NCBI GenBank assembly: GCA_965209055.1
Contig: OZ242374.1
Location: forward strand, 768,001-832,000
DNA from: Acidobacteriota bacterium
Lineage (GTDB): Bacteria; Acidobacteriota; UBA6911; RPQK01; JAJDTT01
DNA length: 64,000 nt
Direction of reading: 5' to 3'
The position numbers were made by a program, and so were the translations under genes. This document shows positions 30,475-39,644 of the stretch, piece after piece. The first letter of the stretch is position 1, and each line of letters begins with the position of its first letter. The notes beneath the pieces were generated by a model that saw only the letters and a program-made list of their open reading frames with translations, had not been told where the DNA came from and made no database searches.

Positions 30475-31278
30475 ATGATGCATGAAGATCCGATGGACGT
30501 GCTCCGCCGTGACGGCTATGTGATCCTGCGATCGGTCATTCCCGTCGACAAGGTGGGTGCCGTTCGAAGAAGTGTCGCCGCCACGGTTCGCGAGCACACG
30601 AGCCTGCCCCTGCCCCAGGGATACGTCACCGGTTTCCTCCGCTTGAATCAGGCCATCGCCCCCTACCTGACCCATCCCCGGATCATGGCCGTCGTCGACG
30701 AGCTCTTCGGCGACAACGCCCGCATCTCCATGCTCACCGGAACCATCAACGGTCCCGGACTTCAGCGGGGGACAGTCCACGCCGACTGGCCCTACAACCA
30801 GGACCAATTCTCCTGCGTCCGTGCCCCCTATCCCGACGTGATCTTGAATCTGGTGACCATGTGGATGATGTCCCGGTTCACCCGGGCCAATGGCGGAACC
30901 ATGGTGATCCCCGGCAGCCACTTGCGGAACCGGGCTCCCCGGAAGGGGACCGACCTGGATCCCAACTCGGTATTCGAGGGGGAGACCCAGATCGAGGGAA
31001 ACCCCGGCGACGTGGCCGTCTTCGATGCCCGGACCTGGCACAGCATCGCGCCCAACGTGACCAACGAGGAGCGGGTCGGGGTCCTGGTTCGATACGCTCC
31101 CTGGTGGGTCAACCTGGGGCCGCTGCGCCCCGGCAGCCGCGACCGGAAGCAGATCATCGAGGATCGGGGAGGAGGCGACCATACCGATCCCAAGGTCCAG
31201 CCCCTGCCGGAATCGGTCTATCAACGCCTCCCCGCCGACGTGCAGCCCCTCGTCTACCACATGGTGGTTCCGGACTAG
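30475..31278 (+). CDS. Phytanoyl-CoA dioxygenase family Fe(II)/2OG enzyme
   Basis: DGYVIL, HADWP (HxD), NGGTMVIPGSH, GDVAVFDARTWH, N...R. Confidence 0.88.
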   Translation: MMHEDPMDVLRRDGYVILRSVIPVDKVGAVRRSVAATVREHTSLPLPQGYVTGFLRLNQAIAPYLTHPRIMAVVDELFGDNARISMLTGTINGPGLQRGTVHADWPYNQDQFSCVRAPYPDVILNLVTMWMMSRFTRANGGTMVIPGSHLRNRAPRKGTDLDPNSVFEGETQIEGNPGDVAVFDARTWHSIAPNVTNEERVGVLVRYAPWWVNLGPLRPGSRDRKQIIEDRGGGDHTDPKVQPLPESVYQRLPADVQPLVYHMVVPD

Positions 31279-31338
31279 CCCCCCAGTGCGCGCGGAGAGA
31301 CCCGCCGCCGCGCAGAGCGAACGTCCGCACGACAGGCA

Positions 31339-32073
31339 ATGGAACGATACGACTCCATCGCTGAAGCCTACCGGGATTCCAAGCAACTCCCGTTTCGGCA
31401 CCTGATCGAGCGGTTCACACTGTTCGAGCTCCTGGGAGACGTTCGAGGAAACAGGGTCCTGGACCTGGCCTGCGGGGACGGCTTCTACACGCGGCTGCTG
31501 AAACGGGCCGGCGCGTCCGAGGTCACGGGCGTCGACGTCTCCAGGGAAATGATTCGATTGGCGGAACGGGAAGAAAGGCGAAATCCTCTCGGTTGCACTT
31601 ATCTGCAGCGGGACGCCGCGGCTTTCGCACCGGCGGAGCCGGTCGACCTGGTCGTCGCCACGTACCTCCTGAACTACGCCCGCACTCGGGAGCGGCTCCT
31701 CCGCTTCTGCCAGGGCTGCCACGACGCGCTACGGCCGGGAGGACGATTCGCCGGCGTGAACGACAACGTCCGGAATCCGCCCGTGGAGTCCGTTTCCCTG
31801 CAAAAATACGGCCTGGAGAAATCCTGCCCGCCCCAGCCGAAGGAAGGGGACGTCATTCTGTACGCCATCACCAACGAGGACGGGCAGCGATTCGAGTTTG
31901 AGAACTACTACCTCGAACCGCGCAGCTACGAGCGCGCCTTCCGCGCCGCCGGTTTCCGGGACTTCCGATGGGTGGAGTTGGGGCTGCACCCGTCCCAGCA
32001 AGACAATCCCTTCTGGGACGATTTCATGGCCTCCCCGCCCATCACCGCCTTCGCCGCGTCAAGACCGGTGTGA
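31339..32073 (+). CDS. Class I SAM-dependent methyltransferase
   Basis: VLDLACGDG, GVDVSREMI, YLLNYA, LRPGGRF. Confidence 0.88.
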   Translation: MERYDSIAEAYRDSKQLPFRHLIERFTLFELLGDVRGNRVLDLACGDGFYTRLLKRAGASEVTGVDVSREMIRLAEREERRNPLGCTYLQRDAAAFAPAEPVDLVVATYLLNYARTRERLLRFCQGCHDALRPGGRFAGVNDNVRNPPVESVSLQKYGLEKSCPPQPKEGDVILYAITNEDGQRFEFENYYLEPRSYERAFRAAGFRDFRWVELGLHPSQQDNPFWDDFMASPPITAFAASRPV

Positions 32074-32092
32074 AACCCTCCCCGCCGCGCCG

Positions 32093-33709
32093 TCAGGTCC
32101 CGACATAGAGGGCGTAGACGCGGATTCCAGCCACCTTTTCTCCCTCGAAGCTCACCTTGATCTTGAAGGGTTGCTCCATTCCCGGAATCCCGTTCCCTTC
32201 CGGCCAGGAGACTGGGACCCGCAACCCCGATTCCGTCAACAAGGCGGCCCCCTCGCCCGAATAACCGGCCATCGGCCGCTCCAACGCGTCATAGAGTTCC
32301 AGCCGAAGCGTGGCGTCTTCGGAAACTCCCTCGGCATTGACCCACAGCGTCGCTTCGCCGCGGGCCTCGACGGCGGCCGTCATGAAGGCTGCCGGAATCG
32401 AGTCGTCCCGCACCGAGAAGGAGCCCAGGCGGTCCCGCTCCAGCGTCGCCAGACCCACGCCGCCCCGGGGCTCCAGCGACCCCGGGTCCCAGGCGCCGTA
32501 CCAGATATAGGTCTCCTCCCCCACGTTCTCGAATCCCTGGCCCTGGATCAGGCCGCCCTGGTCCCACTCGTGGTCCTCCCCCCGCCGGATGAAGATGAAA
32601 TCGGTGAGAGGCTCCCGGAAATGGACGCCGTCGTTGCTGACGACGAAACCCAGGTCCACGGTCCTGCCACGCCAATCGGGCGAGCCGTGCCAGACTCCGT
32701 AGAGCCCCAGCAGCACATTGCCCCGGTTCCAGACGCTGATCCCTTCGTGAGACTCTTCCCCGGAGCCGCTGGGGACTTTCTTGTGCTGTCCCTCCCGGGA
32801 AAAGGAGAGGGTCCCGGTGTGTTCCCACCGGACGAAATCGGGTGAGCGGTAGGTGCCCACCGACCGGCCCCAGGAGTCGACCGCATAGACCGGCCGGGCT
32901 CCCTGGCCCGATGCGTGAAACAGTCCGCCCCACTTGTAGAGTCCCCCGGCGGCCTCGAAATGGTCCGTAGGGATGACCGTGCTCTCCTTGGGCAGCAGTC
33001 CGTTCTCCGGTGTCGCCGGAATGGCCAGACGCCAGCGCAGGCCGTCGCCGCTCACCGCGGGGGCCAGGGTCGCCAGCCCCTTCTTCCCCTCCTCGTGCCA
33101 CCAGGTGTGCAGCGACATCTTGAACCGCCGGGAGGGATCGGGGTCTTCGGGATCGTGGATCACCTTCAGGTTGATGACTCCCAGCGGCGCCGGCTCCATC
33201 AGCACCAGGTTGTTGTCCCGGCTGCCGTCGTATTCCTCCAGTCCCAGCGCGGGGCGCGTCCAGTGAATTCCATCGGTGCTCTCGGCGTAGGCGGCGCGCC
33301 ACTTCAAGGGGATGACGTCCACCCGGGGAGTCCACATCATGTCCTCCTCCACGACCGTGAAGGGATCGCGGCCGATGGCCACGTACCAGAGCTTGAACTT
33401 CCCCTGGTGGCGAACCACGGAGCCGTAGAACTGGACCCCGAACTCGTCTGGCGCCCCCTCCGGCCCCCGGGGCAGGACCGGATTGCCGGGAAACTTGCGC
33501 GGCGGATGCAGTTCCAACCCGACGTTCTGGGTGAAGGGAATCGAATGGCTGTCGAAGGGGAAGAGCGAAGCCTCCGCAACAGTCGGCCGGGTTCCCACCA
33601 GCACCGTCACCCCGTCCGGGCGATCGCCGGTGGGCGCTCCCGGCTGGCATGCGCCGCCCAGCACGAACCCGAGCAGCGGAATCATCCTCACTGAAAATGC
33701 CAGCTTCAT
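32093..33709 (-). CDS. Lipoprotein, beta-propeller glycoside hydrolase-like
   Basis: LGGAC lipobox-like motif; GNPVL, AYAESTDGIHWTRP, SNDGVHF. Confidence 0.65.
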   Translation of the reverse strand: MKLAFSVRMIPLLGFVLGGACQPGAPTGDRPDGVTVLVGTRPTVAEASLFPFDSHSIPFTQNVGLELHPPRKFPGNPVLPRGPEGAPDEFGVQFYGSVVRHQGKFKLWYVAIGRDPFTVVEEDMMWTPRVDVIPLKWRAAYAESTDGIHWTRPALGLEEYDGSRDNNLVLMEPAPLGVINLKVIHDPEDPDPSRRFKMSLHTWWHEEGKKGLATLAPAVSGDGLRWRLAIPATPENGLLPKESTVIPTDHFEAAGGLYKWGGLFHASGQGARPVYAVDSWGRSVGTYRSPDFVRWEHTGTLSFSREGQHKKVPSGSGEESHEGISVWNRGNVLLGLYGVWHGSPDWRGRTVDLGFVVSNDGVHFREPLTDFIFIRRGEDHEWDQGGLIQGQGFENVGEETYIWYGAWDPGSLEPRGGVGLATLERDRLGSFSVRDDSIPAAFMTAAVEARGEATLWVNAEGVSEDATLRLELYDALERPMAGYSGEGAALLTESGLRVPVSWPEGNGIPGMEQPFKIKVSFEGEKVAGIRVYALYVGT

Positions 33710-34557
33710 TTGTCCGATCTCTCTTCCTTGGCCAGGAGGGGGGACATTCCTGTCCCCCTGTCTTCTCTTTTGCGGTCAGGAAGCGTACAGGGGGGACTGC
33801 CGTCCCCACCACGGAAAGGATCTATTAAGTATCTGATAATAAAGGAGTTATGATCTATACTCCCGAGTGGGTTACGCCATTGCATCCCACCTTCTAAACG
33901 GGATTCCATTCGATCCTATTGGAGGTCCGTGGACTCCATGGACAGTTTCGCGCCTCGACTCCCAGGTTTCAAGAGCCTGCGCGCTCCGGGAATTGGGGGC
34001 GTCCATGCGGAGCCGACAGGGTCCGTTTGGCCAGGAGTTCCGGAAACGGGCCACCGATCCCGGCCATGAGAAGGAAACCCTGAGCTATTGGCAACCCTGT
34101 GCCAGCTGCCTTGGCCTCCGCGCAATGCGCGTTCCCCAGCACTGCGAGCGCTGAGGAACGGTCGCCGAGACTCTGTTGTGCTGGATGGAGTCCCAGCCCC
34201 ACGTCCGGTGTGGACGGGACATCCGCATGGTCACTGTGTGAGCGTTGCCGTCGCCAGATGGCGGCCGCGCGCTATCGGGAACGCGCCGATCGACGAGACG
34301 GGGAACTACGGCTCTATTGAGGGCCGGGGGGTGGCCATGACCCCTTAGCCAGGGATTTTTTAGTGCCAAAACACATTTCGCTCGAAACTGATCATCACAC
34401 TCTTTTCCGCGACTACTTAGTGGATCACCCCATCCAAGTCACGATCCGGAAGGGAGCAACCTGGATCGCAACAATCCTGGAGATCTCTCACCGGGATGGT
34501 GATTTCATCCTAGCCCGCGAATCAGCGAACGGATAGACTAGAGGGCAGGAGAAATAA

Positions 34558-34848
34558 ATGGCTCCAGACCTCGCCCCGTGGATCACTCCCGCCGTCGTCG
34601 TTGCGGTTCTACTCTACATGCACCGCTCTATCCGTCGGGATATGACTCAGATGGAAACGCGGTTGCGCCAAGACATGAAGGAAATGGAGTCTCGGTTCGA
34701 GACCCGGATGGACCGGATGGAGTCGCGGCTACGCGAGGACATGGAGCGCCTAGACGGGCGTGTCGCTCGGCTTGAACACGGCCAAGCCAAGCTCGAAGGG
34801 CTCTTAGAGGGCTTGCGCGAGGCCATCACCCGCCAAAACGTCGCTTGA
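34558..34848 (+). CDS. Small membrane-anchored coiled-coil protein
   Basis: AGGAG RBS, N-terminal transmembrane segment, repeated ME(S/T)R units, LEGLLEGLR end. Confidence 0.7.
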   Translation: MAPDLAPWITPAVVVAVLLYMHRSIRRDMTQMETRLRQDMKEMESRFETRMDRMESRLREDMERLDGRVARLEHGQAKLEGLLEGLREAITRQNVA

Positions 34849-34927
34849 GCGGCACGGTCCTGCACAAAAGGCTTCTACACCGGGTGATTCCCGAGTAATC
34901 AGCGGGCGGAAACCAACGGACTGACTG

Positions 34928-35368
34928 GTGAGCGACATCTTCGAGCGTGCCAAGCGAAGCGAGATCATGTCACGGATCCGCGGACGCGACACCAAGCCCG
35001 AATTGGTAGTGCGTCGGATCGCCCACAGGCTCGGATTCCGCTTCAGGCTCCACCGTAAGGACCTTCCCGGCAGCCCGGATATCGTATTTCCACGGTATCG
35101 GGCCATCATAATGGTGCATGGATGCTTCTGGCACCGCCATTCCGGCTGCAAGTACGCCTACACCCCGAAGACGCGAGTTCAGTTCTGGCGGAATAAGTTC
35201 GAAGGCAACGTCGTCCGGGACAGGCGGAACGAACTGGCGTTGTCTGAACGCGGCTGGAGGACGATGGTGATCTGGGAGTGCGAATCCAAGGACCACCAAG
35301 CCGTGGCTGAGCGAATTGAATCTTTTCTGCGGGAATCTACCCCGGATATGGACGGATCGACTCAGTAA
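34928..35368 (+). CDS. vsr: Very short patch repair endonuclease
   Basis: RSEIMSRIRGRDTKPEL, LPGSPDIVF, VHGCFWHRH, VIWEC. Confidence 0.95.
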   Translation: MSDIFERAKRSEIMSRIRGRDTKPELVVRRIAHRLGFRFRLHRKDLPGSPDIVFPRYRAIIMVHGCFWHRHSGCKYAYTPKTRVQFWRNKFEGNVVRDRRNELALSERGWRTMVIWECESKDHQAVAERIESFLRESTPDMDGSTQ

Positions 35369-36411
35369 ACGGGCGAGCCGTCACCCGTTCGTGGGAGACA
35401 TTTCTCGCCGAAACCCTCTGGAACGCAGTTTTGCCAGCGCGCGGAGTACAACGAGCGATTGCCTATCTGTAGGCGTCCGGCGGGGAACACCAGCCGCCAC
35501 CGTGAGAACTCCGATCTCGGTAGGCGTCAGCAGTCCCTGCTCGCGGCCCCACGCGAGAGCGTGCGCCCAGAAGTCACCACCCTCGTTCAGCACCGCGATC
35601 TGGGCTTCCATGCCGTTCAGTTGGCGTTGCTCACGTCGGGCGCTCAGGGCTGCACTTCGCTGATCTTCTGCTGAAATCAGCGCGTCATCCAGTTCGGCAG
35701 GCCATCGCACAGGGATTCTGCTGGCACGGTCCCAACAGGCTTGCTTCTTGGCCCACTCCGTGACGTTGCGCATCTCTTCGGGTGGATTGGTCAGTATATG
35801 GTTGACTCGTTCCGCCACGACCGCGATGGTGCGCTTAAGCTCTGGACCCGGTGCCTGTCGATGCCAGATGCCCTCGAAATCGACGGTCTGGCCGATCTCT
35901 TTCACATGATGGCCTATTCGGGCGATTGTGTACGCGACAATGTTCGCGCGGAACCCGCCTTGGTACCACGGTTGGGCCGAGACGATGCGTTCGGTTGCCT
36001 TGAACACTATCGCCTTGGCGATAGCCTCCCGATACCAAGCCTCGTTGAAGTCGTTTGATACCCTCTTCCACGCCTGCCCGATGCGACGGGCGAAGGCTGC
36101 GAAGTTCTTCTGCGCGCCTTGGCTTACCTCGTGCGGTCTTCCCCCCCACACATTCAGGAACTTGGCGAGGTCGGTCTTTGTGAACCGCTGGCTACGCGGA
36201 TACTCAATGTCGAATTTCCTTCGTTGAGCGGTGGTCTTGTAGGCCCGGGCATCCGCGTACTGGCCGCGTGCCCGCTCGTAGAACCACTTGCTTTCCTGAA
36301 AGGTCCCGTCCGGCGACGGGGCGTACAGCCTTCGGGAGAAGTTCTCGACCCTGATGTGGAACGGGTGGTTGGCGAAGAAGTCGGAAGCCATCACACGGTT
36401 CTGGCTATTAG

Positions 36412-37601
36412 GGAAGGTCTGATTAAGTCGAGTCAGCGTTCTGCACGATAATCCCTTCATCATCACTGCGTGGGGGGAAAGACGATGTCGCAACGGACGT
36501 TCGCAGATCTGGAATACGACGCCAAGAAGCGGGTGACCCGTCGGGAGAAGTTTCTGGTCCGCATGGACGGGTTGATTCCGTGGGAGCAGTTGGAAGCCCG
36601 GATTGAGCCGTTTTACCCGAAAGCGGGACGGGGCCGGCGTCCCTACCCGCTCTCGGCGATGCTGCGGATCCACTGCGTGCAGTTGTTTTACAACCTGAGC
36701 GATCCGGGGATGGAGGATCTGCTTTACGAGGTGGAGTCGGTGCGGCGGTTCGTGGGTCTGAAGCTCACAGGGCCGCTGCCGGACGAGACGACGATTCTGA
36801 AGTTCCGTCATCGGCTGGAGGAGCATGGTCTGGGGGAGGCGCTGTTCGAGGAGATCGGTTCTCACCTGCAGCGTCAAGGCCTGCGGCTGAGCCGGGGGAC
36901 GATCGTGGACGCGAGTATCCTGGCGGCGCCTTCCTCGACGAAAAACAAGGATCGGGCGCGGGATCCGGAGATGCACCAGACGAAAAAGGGAAAACAGTGG
37001 TATTTCGGAATGAAGGCCCACCTGGGGGTGGACGCCCAGACGGGGGTGGCGCACACGGTGGTGACGGCTCCGGCCAACGAGCATGACGTGACGCGGGCCT
37101 CCGAATTGCTGCACGGCTCGGAGTCGCAAGTTTGGGGGGATTCCGGATACCAGGGAGTGCAGAAGCGGTCGGAGAATCGAGATCGGCCGGTGGATTGGCA
37201 GGTGATGATGAAGCCCGGGAAGCGTTGGCAGCTGTCGCCGGAGAGTGAGGCGGCGTTGGCCGAGCGGCGTAAGGCATCGGTACGGGCGAAGGCAGAACAT
37301 GTGTTCGGGTACCTGAAACGGCATTTCGGCTACGCCAAGGTGCGCTACCGCGGGCTGGCGAAAAACACCCAACGGATCTATCTGCTGGTGGGATTCGCCA
37401 ATCTGATGATCGCCGAGCGCTCCGGTGTGACCGCCTGATCGGAATGCGGCACGGCTGTGTTTGAGGCTGGGGAAACCGTCTCGCAATCGCTTGGTCAAGA
37501 CCAATTCAGGGTTGCAAATCCCAGGTTAGAGCGTCTGGATCCGAAAAAGGGAGGGATACAAGGTCTGTTTCGCCCCATATGAGGACTTAATCAGACCTTC
37601 C
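36412..37601 (+). mobile_element. IS5-family insertion sequence
   Basis: 18-bp inverted repeats GGAAGGTCTGATTAAGTC; TTAG target duplication (36408-36411, 37602-37605). Confidence 0.95.
36470..37438 (+). CDS. IS5-family transposase
   Basis: PDETTILKFRH, IVDAS, WYFGMKAH, GDSGYQG, VRAKAEHVF, VRYRGLAKN. Confidence 0.95.
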   Translation: MGGKTMSQRTFADLEYDAKKRVTRREKFLVRMDGLIPWEQLEARIEPFYPKAGRGRRPYPLSAMLRIHCVQLFYNLSDPGMEDLLYEVESVRRFVGLKLTGPLPDETTILKFRHRLEEHGLGEALFEEIGSHLQRQGLRLSRGTIVDASILAAPSSTKNKDRARDPEMHQTKKGKQWYFGMKAHLGVDAQTGVAHTVVTAPANEHDVTRASELLHGSESQVWGDSGYQGVQKRSENRDRPVDWQVMMKPGKRWQLSPESEAALAERRKASVRAKAEHVFGYLKRHFGYAKVRYRGLAKNTQRIYLLVGFANLMIAERSGVTA

Positions 37602-38624
37602 TTAGCATATTCCGATATCTTTGGAACAATCTCTGTTGCCCGATCGGAGTCCACCACGGAGAGCTTCATCTGCACGAAGATCTGGGAAAGATCCTCGCCT
37701 TTCCGCATTGCCGAGTGGATTGACGCAGTCGTCTGCCCGCCGTTTACGATCTGGAAGTTCGTCATCCGCTGTAGCGATAGCCGACCGCGCTCGTTGCTGA
37801 TATCGACCTGCTGGGCAGTGGCGGTAATGCCGTTATTGTACGCGAAGAACATCGTGGGCTCGTGCGCCAATGTATCCCGGATGCCCCGATTCACCTTGCT
37901 GCGGGCTTGGAGGAATACGCGGACATTCTGCTCCAGGAGCCTGGGACCCCAACGATCATAGATCTCGGAAAGGACCGAACCCGGGATAACGCTCAAATAG
38001 GACTCGTGAGCCCCTGCAATGTGCTGCGCGGGAAGCACGGCGATGGCCCCCCCGAAGTCGTTGGCGAGATCAATCTCCATGACTTCCGGTTCGCCGCTAG
38101 CGTCAGCGCGATGGAGCCGCCGCAGGTCCCAAACGCTGTAAGTGACCCGCTTGCCCTCCAAGGTTCTCGCCGGCCGGCCATCGACTCGTTCGCTGAGTTC
38201 CCGGTTGCTCACCACCACCAACCGCAACTTGCTGACGCTCGGCCATCGGTACGCGACCATGTCTGCGAGCCCGAACGCAGGACTCGTCTCTTCCAGAGCA
38301 TTCCGCCATTTGTCGTTCATCGCGTGAGTAACGAATCTCTCCATGCGCCGAAAGATCGCGTCCATCTCGCTACCGACAAGGCGCCCGCTGCGAGGCTCCG
38401 CGTTGAAATCCAGGCCGATCAAGCTCAGGGTACCGGCGGAATCAACGGGGTCACCGCCTGAGCCATCGACGCGGATTCCGCGCGTGGGGTGCCAGTACGG
38501 CGCCCGATCAGCGGTGTCGAGGTCGCCCGCTTCCACGAGGTAGGCGCATGCCTTGTCGAAAAACACGTCCTCCCGGAACTGGCGGTCCGCATCAGCTTCC
38601 GCGAGCACATCCTGCCTGAGGGCG

Positions 38625-39644
38625 TCAGCGAACTCGCGTATCGTCACCACCGTCTCCGGAAAGGCTGTTGGCCACAGCCGCCGCGTCTACACGGAATTCT
38701 TCGCACTCCGCGAGTGCGACTCGGTAACCCACCTGCGTCACCCCGGCGGGGAGCATTCGTGGCGTGATTCTAGGAAAGCCGGCGACGACCCCATAGAAGG
38801 AAGTGTTTCCGATGACCCATCGCCGGTCAGTATAGTCGTCCTCACAATCGTATCCGACCGCCCATAATCGCTCCTCGAAATCCCCACGGACGGCCATGTC
38901 GCTGGCCTCGATCAGCTGCCTAAATCGATCCACCACGTCAGTGACGGTGACAGCGCCTGCTACGTCGCCACGGTCCTCAGCGATCTCGATCACGTGCAGG
39001 AATATGGGTGTTGCGTGCGTCGAGTCTAGCTGATCCGCTGAAGCGATTCGGAGGGTGGACGCCAAGGGTGCGTGTGCCTTGCATTCCACTCCCGTAATGC
39101 CGATCTCGAAGTCCCTCTGCGCTCCAAGCGGCCCCACCCAGCTACGCACGCCTTGTCCGACTCCGATTACAGGCACAACATGCTGCTCAAGGAAAGCGAG
39201 TTCCCCGATTAACCCCTTCTGTTCCTCCACAGTGAGCCGCCCGTCTCTCCCTCCCTTGAGGAGCCGGTGCCAGCGCCACGTTCGCATGATACATGTGTCA
39301 AGGGCCTCTTGCCCCGTTTCGGCCGCTCTTACGGCATCCACGATATCGATGCAAAACCGATGGAAGATGTCCCGGTATTGGACTTCCGCCAACCGGAGGA
39401 CAAGCAACTCTCGATGCCCTTCCTCGTCCGGCTGTCTCTCGATCCGAAGGCCCCGTAGGGTCGGCCACCGATGCTGCGACCGGAGTCCCAATTCGTGTGT
39501 CACGATCAACAGGTAATGCCGCCGCCGGTCGACTGCCCAGTAGAGTCCCCACTGCGTCGATCCCACACCGGCAATTCTCATTGCGCTGAACCCTATCGGC
39601 TCAGGTGTGGCTAGATCTCTCCAGGGGTTGTCACTCACTGTCAT
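38625..39644 (-). CDS. PD-(D/E)XK motif protein (DUF4420, MzaD-like)
   Basis: RWHRLL, EQKGLIGEL, WVGP..DF..VECK, IASADQLD, FPRI. Confidence 0.85.
   Translation of the reverse strand: MTVSDNPWRDLATPEPIGFSAMRIAGVGSTQWGLYWAVDRRRHYLLIVTHELGLRSQHRWPTLRGLRIERQPDEEGHRELLVLRLAEVQYRDIFHRFCIDIVDAVRAAETGQEALDTCIMRTWRWHRLLKGGRDGRLTVEEQKGLIGELAFLEQHVVPVIGVGQGVRSWVGPLGAQRDFEIGITGVECKAHAPLASTLRIASADQLDSTHATPIFLHVIEIAEDRGDVAGAVTVTDVVDRFRQLIEASDMAVRGDFEERLWAVGYDCEDDYTDRRWVIGNTSFYGVVAGFPRITPRMLPAGVTQVGYRVALAECEEFRVDAAAVANSLSGDGGDDTRVR

Larger units (their letters stand above)
35381..38650 (-). pseudogene. AIPR family protein (MzaE-like) interrupted by IS5
   Basis: LLEQNVRVFL, FFAYNNGIT, QIVNGGQTTASI; removing the IS restores ISEYANSQNRV and a 691-aa frame. 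Confidence 0.9.

Noticed and set aside
35381-37504. 707-aa ORF as a novel fusion protein
   Set aside because: It is the IS5 antisense strand reading into the AIPR C-terminal half.
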